64,000 nucleotides of DNA from Amoeboaphelidium occidentale (Eukaryota): NCBI GenBank assembly GCA_023515795.1, contig JALGPX010000047.1, positions 1-64,000 on the forward strand. Reading direction: 5' to 3'. The position numbers and the translations under genes are program-made. The notes beneath the pieces are model-generated. The model searched no databases. It had not been told where the DNA came from and saw nothing but the letters and a program-made list of their open reading frames with translations. Of this stretch, positions 33,577 to 43,712 are shown one piece after another; positions within the stretch are counted from its first letter, which is position 1; the number at the start of each line of letters is the position of its first letter.

Positions 33577-35205
33577 ATGATCAACTTTTTAGCTTTGCTG
33601 CTTTTGGCATTGAAAGTGTCTGCACAGGGATCATTACCGAGACAGATTCCGTCGTCTCTGTGCGGTAATGGAATTGTGGATCCTGGAGAAGATTGTGATT
33701 ATTTGAACCCGCAAACATCATCAGGCTGCTGTGATTTTAATTGCAAGTTCAGACCTGCCAACAGCCCTTGCGCCAGTGGAACAGGAATATGCTTCAATAA
33801 TGGACAGTGTCAGACGAGATCTTCTCTGTGTGCTTCAAGGAACTCTGTGGTTTATCAATTATCATCGCCCATCAATGGAGAAACTGCTATTCAGGGTCCA
33901 TACTCTGCGTGTTTTCAGAACAAGAACAACAGTACATCCTCAAGCAATAACATCAAAGATTTGATAAAGAATAATGCTGCACCAGGCACGTCTGTTTTGG
34001 GTCAGTTACTTCCTGATTACTATTTGGCTCAAAGCACGTGTAACAAAGCGTGTCAAGGAACAGGAATTTCTACTCAAAGACCTTTCTGTATTTCATTTAA
34101 TGAGTTTGTTGGTATTGAGCAGTACGTTCCTGATAATTTTGGTTGTTTGGTTGATAAGACTGCGACGACAAGGTTTGGTAATGCGTTTAATGTGGCTTCA
34201 GATACTTCATCAAAGAATCGCACATCTGCTTATAATGAAATGTTGCAGCCAGGTGTCTGTCAGGCTGGTGTATGTAGGGCTGCTCTCAATTGCAGAAACT
34301 CCATGTGTTCAGGTAATGGTGAATGTGTAATGTCTTCTACTGCTGTTTCTTATTTGGATGCTGCTTTTGGTATCACAACTTTATCATCATCATCAAATGG
34401 AGCACCGTCTTTCGATTCTGGAAGTGGCGCGCTTGTTCAATGCTCCTGTGACGACGGATGGGGTGGCGCTTTCTGTGATGGTAGAACCACACCAAACACC
34501 AACAATTCTTCTCAACAGAATTCTCCAGACTCAAATGATCCAAGATCGATTCCTTACAATACTTTTGTTATTGCGATGGTTGCAGCTACTTGTGGTACAT
34601 TTGCATTAATGTTGTTACTCTTTACAATTGTTTACTTCTGGAAGAGAGGAGATGATATTGCTACTGATGAGGAATACTATGATTACGCCATTGAAGAGAA
34701 GAAGCTTGGTAATGGAGATGAAGAATTTGGCAATGGTGGTGGTGTTATTGCTAAACAGATTGATGTTATTGACTCTGCTGAAGATTTGGCTTCTTCTCCT
34801 ATTCAACCTCCACCTGCGATCATTGCTGCTGTTCCGTCTGAAGAAAATGGCGGGAATCAAGCTTTGTATCAGAATGGATACAAAGATAGTAATGTAATGC
34901 TTCCTGCAAATTACTTGAGAGCAGCTCATGCTTACACTCCGCGTTTAGTAGATGAAATACAATTGCTTCAAGGTGATATTCTGTACTTGATAAAAGCATT
35001 CGATGATGGCTGGGCTAAAGCTTACAATCTGAGAAGCGGTAAAGAAGGTATCTTTCCACTATCATTCACAAAAAGGATCGTTGTTAAATCGCCTGAAACC
35101 ATGAACCTACCAGAGAACCCTGAGAATCAAGGATTTGATCCTGAATTTGACTCTGAGAAGGAACCAAGCAAATCTGATAGAAGATCTTCATTGCATTCCG
35201 AATAA
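33577..35205 (+). CDS. Type I membrane protein: disintegrin-like, EGF-like, TM and cytoplasmic SH3
   Basis: Signal peptide; CGNGIVDPGEDCD...CC..CKF; CSGNGEC...CSCDDGWGGAFC; TM helix; HAYTPRLVDEIQL...DDGWA...GIFP. Confidence 0.85.
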   Translation: MINFLALLLLALKVSAQGSLPRQIPSSLCGNGIVDPGEDCDYLNPQTSSGCCDFNCKFRPANSPCASGTGICFNNGQCQTRSSLCASRNSVVYQLSSPINGETAIQGPYSACFQNKNNSTSSSNNIKDLIKNNAAPGTSVLGQLLPDYYLAQSTCNKACQGTGISTQRPFCISFNEFVGIEQYVPDNFGCLVDKTATTRFGNAFNVASDTSSKNRTSAYNEMLQPGVCQAGVCRAALNCRNSMCSGNGECVMSSTAVSYLDAAFGITTLSSSSNGAPSFDSGSGALVQCSCDDGWGGAFCDGRTTPNTNNSSQQNSPDSNDPRSIPYNTFVIAMVAATCGTFALMLLLFTIVYFWKRGDDIATDEEYYDYAIEEKKLGNGDEEFGNGGGVIAKQIDVIDSAEDLASSPIQPPPAIIAAVPSEENGGNQALYQNGYKDSNVMLPANYLRAAHAYTPRLVDEIQLLQGDILYLIKAFDDGWAKAYNLRSGKEGIFPLSFTKRIVVKSPETMNLPENPENQGFDPEFDSEKEPSKSDRRSSLHSE

Positions 35206-35412
35206 AAATGTCTCAAAATAGTTGTACCTTATCTAGTGACGGAAGTTACTGTTATGCTTCGATCATGAATTCACTTGACAACCGCAAACAACACTGCAGG
35301 AGCGATCGGAACAGAAACTCACGACACCGAACAGACTGGCTAAACTCTCCTTAACAAAACTTTTGTTTCAACTCTGTGAATTGCCCAATTTCGCTTAATA
35401 TTAAGAACTAGA

Positions 35413-37404
35413 ATGGCTTTTGACTGGAAGTTTTCACTACTTGTCGTTGCGCTAGCTTTTGCTATCCAAGTTATCTACTTTGATCTTGACATCAACCCAT
35501 TGGCCAGAAACAGAAGGGCTCCTACCAACCCTACAACCACCGCTTATACGACCGGTGAGATCTGTACCACAACTGTTCAGGTTGAAACAATCACAACAAC
35601 AGTACAGACTCCAACATTACTCCCTGATGATCCTAAATCACTTTGCTATGATCTAGGAATCTTGAACTTATACAATGCTATCTTCAATGATTTCTATGTT
35701 GGCTCAACTTCTGATGTTGAGGGAAGATTGGCTGTTGGTGGTTATGCTTCATTCCAGAATGGTTTCAGCGTTGGTGATAAGTTGCCAAATACCGGAAGCT
35801 GTAATGTCCCTACAACTGTCATTGGTGGAAGTTTGGTTCAGTGGCTATCTGGCTTGAACTATTATGGTGACCTTGTCGTTGGAACATATTCAAATATCCA
35901 TCCAAGTGTTTTGTATCCTTCCTGTGGTGTTGTCCAGAATCCTAACTTCTTGGATTTCCAAGCAATCGACTCTCAGGTGAAGACCATCTCACAAAATTTG
36001 GCTTCACGTACTTCAACTGCAACCTATACTGTCGCTCCTGGTGGTGATATCCAGATCACTTTGGGCGGTTTCGATATCGAGATCATTAATGTTCCAAACG
36101 CAAACTTCTTCTTAAACGAAGTTAAGCACTTCTTGGTTCCTACCAACTACAAGCCTGACTCTGTCATTGTGTTCAATATTCCTGGTAATCCATCTGGTTT
36201 GGTATCACACAATCAAGAAGGCTTGAAAGATATGAATGTCATTTTCAACTTTTACCAAGCATCCTCTTTGACAATCAAAGAAATCGCTGTTCGTGGTTGG
36301 GTTCTTGCTCCCCATGCTGACATCAATGGTCCAACTGGCGTTATTCACGGATCTGTTTATGCAAAATCTTTGACTGGATCTATTCAGATTAACTTGAATC
36401 CATTTGACCTCAGATTATGTGTACCACAAAATGAACAGCCTCCTTGTGTTCAATTCGGATCATGGTTCGACTTCAATGCTGTGTTCCATGAAGATTTCGT
36501 TGGATCCACATCTGATGTTCAAGGAAAATTGGCTGCTGGTGGAGACATTGATGTCCGTGCTGGATTCTCTGTTGGTGATCAGTTGGTCCACCTTGAAGGC
36601 GCTGCTTGCTTGCCTGGTCCTGAACCTCTTGTCACAATTGCTGGTGGCTCGATTAAATGGCCTTCAGGTAGAAACTACTATGGTAATGCTGCTGTAGGTA
36701 ACTTGGCAGAGACTGCTGTTGGTATGATCTTTGAGAATGTCAAGTCCTGCGATTTGAAGTATTTGCCAAACTACTTTCCTTTTAATGCCTTGCGTCAATC
36801 GATGATTGCTCTATCTGAAGGATTTTGTTCCTTGTCAGACACTGGTGCTGAGATGAACATTGATTCTGGCGGCGCGTTGGATTTGAAATTAACAAACAGT
36901 TTCTTGGAAGTCATCAATGTCGACAATGCTGCATTGTTCCAAGGAACTGTCAACTTCGTCAATTCTGTCACAAATGCAAAACCAAATGGTATCATCGTTT
37001 TCAATTTTGACGGAGAAAACGGCGCTATCGTAGGTGGAAACATGGAAGCTTTCAAGAACTACAATGTTTTGTTTAACTTCTGTAAAGCAAAGACTTTATT
37101 GATTAAAGAAGTTGCTCTTCAAGCACACGTCCTTGCTCCATACGCTGATGTTACTGCTCCAACTGGTGTTATTGAAGGTCGTATGTATGGTAAAAGCTTT
37201 AATGGTTCTCTGCAGTTCAATGTCAAACCTTTCCCATCATGTCCTCCAACTGTGAAGACAAGAGTTGATGGAGGTATTTTTGCAGCATTGGAAGGTAGCG
37301 GAGGTACTGGTGGTGGCGTTAGTGCAGCCATTACTTCTTTTGAAAATGCAGCATACTTTTGGTTGTTTGTGGTGTTGAACTTTGTATTTGTTGCCTTCTT
37401 TTAA
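35413..37404 (+). CDS. Surface protein with two choice-of-anchor A (ice-binding-like beta-solenoid) domains
   Basis: Two repeats of SDV(E/Q)G(R/K)LA(V/A)GG...(I/L)FNF..A..L...VLAP.AD....G.I.G; hydrophobic N- and C-termini. Confidence 0.75.
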   Translation: MAFDWKFSLLVVALAFAIQVIYFDLDINPLARNRRAPTNPTTTAYTTGEICTTTVQVETITTTVQTPTLLPDDPKSLCYDLGILNLYNAIFNDFYVGSTSDVEGRLAVGGYASFQNGFSVGDKLPNTGSCNVPTTVIGGSLVQWLSGLNYYGDLVVGTYSNIHPSVLYPSCGVVQNPNFLDFQAIDSQVKTISQNLASRTSTATYTVAPGGDIQITLGGFDIEIINVPNANFFLNEVKHFLVPTNYKPDSVIVFNIPGNPSGLVSHNQEGLKDMNVIFNFYQASSLTIKEIAVRGWVLAPHADINGPTGVIHGSVYAKSLTGSIQINLNPFDLRLCVPQNEQPPCVQFGSWFDFNAVFHEDFVGSTSDVQGKLAAGGDIDVRAGFSVGDQLVHLEGAACLPGPEPLVTIAGGSIKWPSGRNYYGNAAVGNLAETAVGMIFENVKSCDLKYLPNYFPFNALRQSMIALSEGFCSLSDTGAEMNIDSGGALDLKLTNSFLEVINVDNAALFQGTVNFVNSVTNAKPNGIIVFNFDGENGAIVGGNMEAFKNYNVLFNFCKAKTLLIKEVALQAHVLAPYADVTAPTGVIEGRMYGKSFNGSLQFNVKPFPSCPPTVKTRVDGGIFAALEGSGGTGGGVSAAITSFENAAYFWLFVVLNFVFVAFF

Positions 37405-37469
37405 TAATGATCGCTAAGAATAATAAAGGTTCCTATGATCCTTTAAAAATACGGTTTTATTTCATTAGC

Positions 37470-38591
37470 TTACAGCCCCTGCAATGCGGCTCTGATATTG
37501 CTCTTCTGCGAATCGGATAACTTGTGTCCAACTCCTGGAAACTTAACCCGCACCTCGACGATCAGATCGCCTTTAACGCCAGTCTTGCTATTAGGCATTC
37601 CTTCGTTAGGGAATCGCATCTGTTGGCCTGGTTCCACAACACTCTGGTTGCCGATCTTCAAGTTTCGCCCATCCAATGTTGTTACCACTTTACTAAAACC
37701 ACAGAGAGCTTCATCCAGAGTAATATCTGCGAATGTTTTTAGATTATCTCCTTCTCTGATAAACCTGTCATGCGGCAACTCTTCTAGCATGAACTCAATA
37801 TCTTGAGCTTGACCATTAGGCATCTCATCGCCTTCCCCTTGAAACTTGATTTTAGTTCCTGCTTTCCATCCAGGCTTCACATTAATTGTCAAAACTTTCT
37901 CTGTAGGAACCAGTTTTCCAGATGCATCCAAAAGTTTACGAGTAACTTTAAGTTTCTTTGTAGTACCAGAATACAAATCCTCAAGTGTTAATTTTAAAGG
38001 TTTCTCAACAACTTGATTTGGAGCATGTCCACTCATTCCACCTAAACCAGAAGAGAACGGCATCCCACTTGAAGTAGCTCTGAACTTTCGTGGGCCTCCT
38101 CCACCGAAACCACCACCGCCAAAACTAGAAAATATGTCATCTTCGTCACTACCAGCACCAAATGCTCCCATGAACTGACGGAAGATATCATCAGGATTAG
38201 ATGGTCTGAAACCACCAGCACCTCTACCAAATCCACCTGCACCACCAGGAAATCCTGATGTGAAGGAAAACGTTGCACCGCCAGGGAAAGCGCCTCCAGG
38301 GAATCCACCAGGAAATCCACCAGGAAAGCCACCAGCACCAGGTGCAGCCCCATCGCCTGGAACACCCTTTAAACCTTCTTCACCAAACTGATCATAAATA
38401 GTTCGCTTCTGCTTGTCGGAAAGGACCTCGTAAGCCTCTGATATCTCCTTGAACTTTGCCTCAGATTGTTCCTTGTTGTCCGGATTTCTATCAGGATGGT
38501 TCTTCAGAGCCAACTTTCTGTATGCCTTCTTAATGTCATCTTCGGAAGCATCTTTAGAAATCCCAAGAATATCATAATAGTTTCTGCCCAT
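37470..38591 (-). CDS. SIS1: Class B Hsp40/DnaJ co-chaperone
   Basis: J domain with HPD, G/F-rich linker, [10 protein letters not shown]; no zinc finger. Confidence 0.93.
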   Translation of the reverse strand: MGRNYYDILGISKDASEDDIKKAYRKLALKNHPDRNPDNKEQSEAKFKEISEAYEVLSDKQKRTIYDQFGEEGLKGVPGDGAAPGAGGFPGGFPGGFPGGAFPGGATFSFTSGFPGGAGGFGRGAGGFRPSNPDDIFRQFMGAFGAGSDEDDIFSSFGGGGFGGGGPRKFRATSSGMPFSSGLGGMSGHAPNQVVEKPLKLTLEDLYSGTTKKLKVTRKLLDASGKLVPTEKVLTINVKPGWKAGTKIKFQGEGDEMPNGQAQDIEFMLEELPHDRFIREGDNLKTFADITLDEALCGFSKVVTTLDGRNLKIGNQSVVEPGQQMRFPNEGMPNSKTGVKGDLIVEVRVKFPGVGHKLSDSQKSNIRAALQGL

Positions 38592-38908
38592 AATGAACTG
38601 TTACTGCTTTAAAATGAATGTGACGAAAGAATCATATGTTTGTTCCAATGTGGAACATGAGCGAATGATCTATGCGGTTCCGTAAAGCACGATGATAGTT
38701 TCAACTAGAATCTGTAATTAAATCAAGTCACATGTCACATGGAATGTTTCAAGAGACCATTGGTACCTAATTGCGCGTTGCTATGAAGGGCTAAGACGTT
38801 AAAACTCGAAGCATGATATGATTGGAGCATAAGTCGCCCATTAACCAAGCCCTTGCATATCAAATTTCTGTATCTATTCAAATTTATCTTACAAATCACT
38901 CGAATACT

Positions 38909-39052
38909 ATGCCGAGTAATCATACTGATGACGACTGGGGAGGTCAAATGACTTTCGACACGTTCAGACTTAATCCAGACTGGGCATTGCTTATAGGCAC
39001 TATCATATTTTGTGCTGGTTCACTCATTCTGTCGGTCTTTGTGAAGCGATAG
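38909..39052 (+). CDS. Putative 47-aa single-pass membrane microprotein
   Basis: MPSNHT...WALLIGTIIFCAGSLILSVFVKR: one TM helix with a basic C-terminus; AATAAA ~35 bp downstream. Confidence 0.45.
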   Translation: MPSNHTDDDWGGQMTFDTFRLNPDWALLIGTIIFCAGSLILSVFVKR

Positions 39053-39209
39053 TCAATGTTACCGGTTGAAACAACTAAATAACATCAATAAACTTTCCTA
39101 ATCTTCTCTTGTGGAACGCAAGGTCGACGGTGATAGCCACACATTTCTGGCGTCCAATCGCCGTTAAAACGGAAGGTTCAAGCGTTATTTTACCTAAATT
39201 CTCCCAGTA

Positions 39210-40631
39210 ATGATGATTTCAGCTGGGTTTACGCGTCGTTTATTGTCCATTGGGAAGTATTTAATTGTGGCTTTGTTGGTGCACCTGATACTGTCTACCT
39301 TCCAGGAGTTGCACGACCTATCTGATAAAGATATTAACCGCATGTCTATGAGTTATCGATACTCCAAGAAAACACAGTCTAAACTATCACAGAGATACAT
39401 TCCGCAATACATGAAGGAGCGAATTTTCAGTGTCAATCCGTGGTATGGACCTATTAGCGTTTATTGGTACAAGAAAGGCTCTGATAAAAACAATGGTATA
39501 TTTAACCCTACAGTATTGCCTCTTCCCTCCACGTCTCCTTATAAATACTTGGGCTCTGCTCGTATCCCTGGCCACGAGGAGAAGACAGACAAACTTGAGT
39601 TTGGTTTATGGAGGTCCAACATTGTGATTTGCTTCATGAACCTGATTGAAACGCCTAATGAACGTTATTTTGAATGCGTAGAAGATCCTGTAATCCCTGA
39701 CTTCCCAATTCCGTATGCTGAAATACTAGAAAGACTCAAGGGTGTGTCAAAGGACGACTTCAGCTGGAGCAAGTTCATTGGCGCTGAGGATCCTCGTCTT
39801 GCTTGGAATGAGGAGGGAATGCCATACATTCTATATGGTATGAACTCAAAAGCAAAAACACGCCATAGAACTATTTGGATGTCAGATGTCCGTTACGTGT
39901 TCCCGGAAGTTACAAAGATTTGGTCTCAGCAATGTTTGGCGCAGAAGTCTGAGCCTGTATTTAATAGGATGGAAGCTGGTTTTACTGTTCCAGATGATGC
40001 CAACTTAGTCCACGATTTAGAGAAGAACTGGGCTCCAATGCTTACTGATGATAAATTTCTATTGCACGCAAACTTGGATCCAAGACTTATCTTCGAGCCA
40101 ACAGTTAACGATGGCGAAATACAACTAGATCACTTAAAAGGTTATGATACAGACCGTCTGATGAAGTGCTTTAACAAATTGTACGAGTCGCCTCACAAGA
40201 AGGATCATCATGCTCTTCATCAAGCAACTAATATGTTGAGAATCACCACTTGTTTCTACGGAGAATGCGTACCAGACAACAGCAACACATTCTACTATCA
40301 AATATTTCATGTTAAGAATTATGTTGGCTATCATTACAGTCGATACATTGCATTATGGAATATTACTGGTCCTGAGTACAAGTTTCACTCTGTTGTTGGA
40401 CCTTTTGAAATGCCTGGTATGGACGCAGAGAAGTCTCACTTTATTGTCTCTATGAATTACGTACCTGAAGAGTCTCATGTGGAGTCTTGTGGTAAAAGAA
40501 TGGATCATGGTTATTTAGATTCAAAGCTTGTGTTGTCAGTTGGAGATGAGGATAGTCGAGGGAAAGCATTTATTCTGACTCCACAAGACATTTTGAGCTC
40601 ACAGCATTTCTGTAAAGAAGAAAGCTTGTAA
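39210..40631 (+). CDS. Beta-mannosyltransferase-like (Bmt/GT91-like beta-propeller) type II membrane protein, copy 1
   Basis: N-terminal TM, GIFNPTVLPLP, GAEDPRL, LEKNW, LHQATN. Confidence 0.7.
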   Translation: MMISAGFTRRLLSIGKYLIVALLVHLILSTFQELHDLSDKDINRMSMSYRYSKKTQSKLSQRYIPQYMKERIFSVNPWYGPISVYWYKKGSDKNNGIFNPTVLPLPSTSPYKYLGSARIPGHEEKTDKLEFGLWRSNIVICFMNLIETPNERYFECVEDPVIPDFPIPYAEILERLKGVSKDDFSWSKFIGAEDPRLAWNEEGMPYILYGMNSKAKTRHRTIWMSDVRYVFPEVTKIWSQQCLAQKSEPVFNRMEAGFTVPDDANLVHDLEKNWAPMLTDDKFLLHANLDPRLIFEPTVNDGEIQLDHLKGYDTDRLMKCFNKLYESPHKKDHHALHQATNMLRITTCFYGECVPDNSNTFYYQIFHVKNYVGYHYSRYIALWNITGPEYKFHSVVGPFEMPGMDAEKSHFIVSMNYVPEESHVESCGKRMDHGYLDSKLVLSVGDEDSRGKAFILTPQDILSSQHFCKEESL

Positions 40632-40660
40632 TAATAAATATTTAATCCATCAAAGAGGTC

Positions 40661-41953
40661 TTAGCATGCTTGCCTGTTTGATAGTAACATTTCTGGTGAG
40701 GTTATCTGAATGTAATTTCCATCAGCAGTATCCAGAGATAGAACAATTTGCGAGTCCAAGTATCCGTAATCCATTTTTGTGCCACAAGTTCCTTCAATTT
40801 CTGTGCTGCTGATAAAGTTCATAGAAATAACAAACTGTTTCTTTGCTTGATCTAACCCGGGAAATAATAATGGACCAACCATGCTGTTTAGGGAATATTT
40901 CTGGTCTTCTGAATTCCAAACTACACCATAACGCTCATAATTGTTGTTGGTGTAATCTTTGATGTGAATGATTTGGAAGTAATAAGTAGCTGACTTGGCA
41001 ATATCACATGAGCCATGCCTGCAATTACGGAATCTCAACATGTTCGAGCCTTGATGTAGTGCGTGGTTGAGTTTGATATGTGGTGCGCCATAATTATTCT
41101 TAAGACATCTCAGTAATCGATTATGGTCCAAGTTAGTGACTAGTTCATCTCCAACTCGGAGCATACTTCTAGGAGCGATTCCTTTCTGGAAGAGCATTCC
41201 TTCCTTGGTAATCATATGAGCCCAGTTCAATTCCAAAGCGTGCATTTCCCTCGAGTCGCCGTCGATATACTCGCCCAGTTCGTATTGATCAAACACTTGG
41301 ATGGGCTCTTCGCATTCAGTAGGATTCCATAATAAACCCAACGCCGGAAGCACATTTCGAACATCGGATAACCATTGTGTCCTTTGCCTCTGTTTCACTT
41401 TTGAGTTCATTGAATACATAAGCAAAGGATAGCCATAGTCACTCCATACAAGCTTAGGACTATCTGCTCCTATTATAGTGTTGTATGAAAACAGTCCAGA
41501 TGTGTAATTATCAAAAGATTCGCGATCTAACCTTTCCATAGTTTCTTTCAGAGGAATATCAAACTTCAACAGAACAGGCTTACCAACGCACCTAAGCTCC
41601 TGCTCAGATGGCGATACTTGATAAACTTGCATGAAGCACATTATAGTTCCTGTTTCTGAGACTTCATGACTGTATTGCATCATCTTTTTTCGAGGTAAGC
41701 TAGCGACACCTAAGAACCTGTAAGACGCGTAAGAAGGCAGTGGTAACACAGATATATGTGACACGCCTTTGTTGAAACCAGCATTCGAAAACATCTTCAC
41801 AGGCATTGCAGGCAAGAACGGATTGATCACATTGTGTTTCAGCTCGTTTTCGGCATTTGCCTCCGGAATAAGCATCCATACTAAAACGCAAAGCAGGTAT
41901 GCCGATAAAGATATTATCGCGAGTTTTCGTACTAGGGAAGTTGTGTTGAACAT
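40661..41953 (-). CDS. Beta-mannosyltransferase-like paralogue, copy 2 (degenerate motifs)
   Basis: Same layout but GADSPKL and LELNW; start could be 41953 or further upstream (to 42013). Confidence 0.7.
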   Translation of the reverse strand: MFNTTSLVRKLAIISLSAYLLCVLVWMLIPEANAENELKHNVINPFLPAMPVKMFSNAGFNKGVSHISVLPLPSYASYRFLGVASLPRKKMMQYSHEVSETGTIMCFMQVYQVSPSEQELRCVGKPVLLKFDIPLKETMERLDRESFDNYTSGLFSYNTIIGADSPKLVWSDYGYPLLMYSMNSKVKQRQRTQWLSDVRNVLPALGLLWNPTECEEPIQVFDQYELGEYIDGDSREMHALELNWAHMITKEGMLFQKGIAPRSMLRVGDELVTNLDHNRLLRCLKNNYGAPHIKLNHALHQGSNMLRFRNCRHGSCDIAKSATYYFQIIHIKDYTNNNYERYGVVWNSEDQKYSLNSMVGPLLFPGLDQAKKQFVISMNFISSTEIEGTCGTKMDYGYLDSQIVLSLDTADGNYIQITSPEMLLSNRQAC

Positions 41954-42009
41954 AGCAAAGAAACGAATCAGTACTTGTGAAACGTTGCTCTCTATTTGAA
42001 ACAGCATGA

Positions 42010-43407
42010 TCAACTACAGGCCTTTTGACCGCTTAACAGATCTTGTGCACTTATTATAAAACTTCTAGCATTCCAGTCCTCAACCCCAATTCCAAGAACT
42101 AATTTAGAATCTAAAAAGCCTAAATCCATATCACGTCCACATCGTCGATCTTGGTAATCTGTTGGAATAAAGTTCATGGAAACCACAAAATGTGACTTTT
42201 TGTCTTCAAGACCGGGAAGCTCCAATGGTCCTATAATCCCTTGAAAATTAAACTGTGGTGCCGTTGTATTCCATATTACTATGTATCGATCATAATGATA
42301 AGTCGCATAGTTCTTTATGTGAAAAAGTTGAAAGTAGTAAGTATTCTTGTAGCTTGGTTTACACTCATTATAATAACACGCAACTATCCTCAACATATTT
42401 GTTGCTTGATGTAGCACATGTCCATCTTTCTTTTGTGGAGAATCGAAAAGTCTGTTAAAGCAGTTCATCAGCAAAGTTGAGTCGTATCCTTGCAACAGTT
42501 CCAATTTCAAATCCTCGTTACTGCCGTTTGTACGATTATGTTTAAATATCAACCGTGGTTCTAAATTAGCATGAAACAATATGCTCTTTTCTTCTGGGAC
42601 AATCATTGTAGCCCAATTCTTTTCCAGAGCATTGATCAACTTGTTTTGATCTGGTATATTACTTCCAAGCTCGAATTGCTTGTACACAACCTCTGGTTTA
42701 CCGCGGCACTCTTCATTCCACATATCCGTCACATTCTTCAACACAGTACGAACATCCGTGATCCACATTGTCCTGTGTCGAGTTTTAACTTTTGAGTTCA
42801 TTCCGTAAAGAAGTAACGGCGAACCATGAGGATCCCATACTAATCTTGGATCTTCAGGACCAACGAAGCGATCCCAATGAAATTCATCTCTAACACCGTG
42901 AAGCTTTTCCTTTAGATGATCAAATGGTATATCAATATTTAGACTTTTTGGTTCATCTACGCATTGAAACATCCTCTTTGGCCCTTCTATCAATTCCATG
43001 TAACATAATATAATGTTTGAAACATAGAGAATCGTACTGAAATCGGACCTATTGAGAGCATAAGGAGCTGTCCTAGCAGCTGCGAGATAGCGGTACTTTG
43101 AAGAGGATGGCAATGCTATAACTGTTGGATTAAATATGCCATTGTTCCGATTAGACCCTTCGTACCATATCATTTCGATAGGAGGATCCCATGGATTAGT
43201 ATCAGAAGTCAATGACCGAAACATATCATCCTTAAAATAATCTCGATCTGTGTCAATATACTCTATGGAGCCATCGCTCATTGATAACATGAACATGCTC
43301 AAGTGTATGATCACAGTGAGAATTAGTGCACCTACAACGAATACTTGACAGTTTGATGCAGAGAATAGAGATAACGAGAATGATCTGGTCTGATAAGTAT
43401 TCTTCAT
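42010..43407 (-). CDS. Beta-mannosyltransferase-like paralogue, copy 3
   Basis: GIFNPTVIALP, GPEDPRL, LEKNW, LHQATN. Confidence 0.7.
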   Translation of the reverse strand: MKNTYQTRSFSLSLFSASNCQVFVVGALILTVIIHLSMFMLSMSDGSIEYIDTDRDYFKDDMFRSLTSDTNPWDPPIEMIWYEGSNRNNGIFNPTVIALPSSSKYRYLAAARTAPYALNRSDFSTILYVSNIILCYMELIEGPKRMFQCVDEPKSLNIDIPFDHLKEKLHGVRDEFHWDRFVGPEDPRLVWDPHGSPLLLYGMNSKVKTRHRTMWITDVRTVLKNVTDMWNEECRGKPEVVYKQFELGSNIPDQNKLINALEKNWATMIVPEEKSILFHANLEPRLIFKHNRTNGSNEDLKLELLQGYDSTLLMNCFNRLFDSPQKKDGHVLHQATNMLRIVACYYNECKPSYKNTYYFQLFHIKNYATYHYDRYIVIWNTTAPQFNFQGIIGPLELPGLEDKKSHFVVSMNFIPTDYQDRRCGRDMDLGFLDSKLVLGIGVEDWNARSFIISAQDLLSGQKACS

Positions 43408-43712
43408 CTTTGCAATATCAGAATAACTTTCCTAAGCAAACGATCGATTCTTCACAATCACAAAACTAGCCGATTGCTCCATCTTCTTAACAGTTAACAA
43501 GAAGAACAAAAGCAAAAGCAAATTAACTTTCCAAGTAACTTTCCTTTGCTCGCTATGACGTCAATTTACTAATTCTAAACTTTCTCTGTAGGAAAGAGAA
43601 GTAACAAAGTCTAAAAGAAGCAAAGCTGGCCAATACAGATCTCGTGCTAATTCTATTCAACTCCAACTCATTCCCACCAAACAGAAGCAGTAGCAAGAAA
43701 AGAAGGAAGAAA

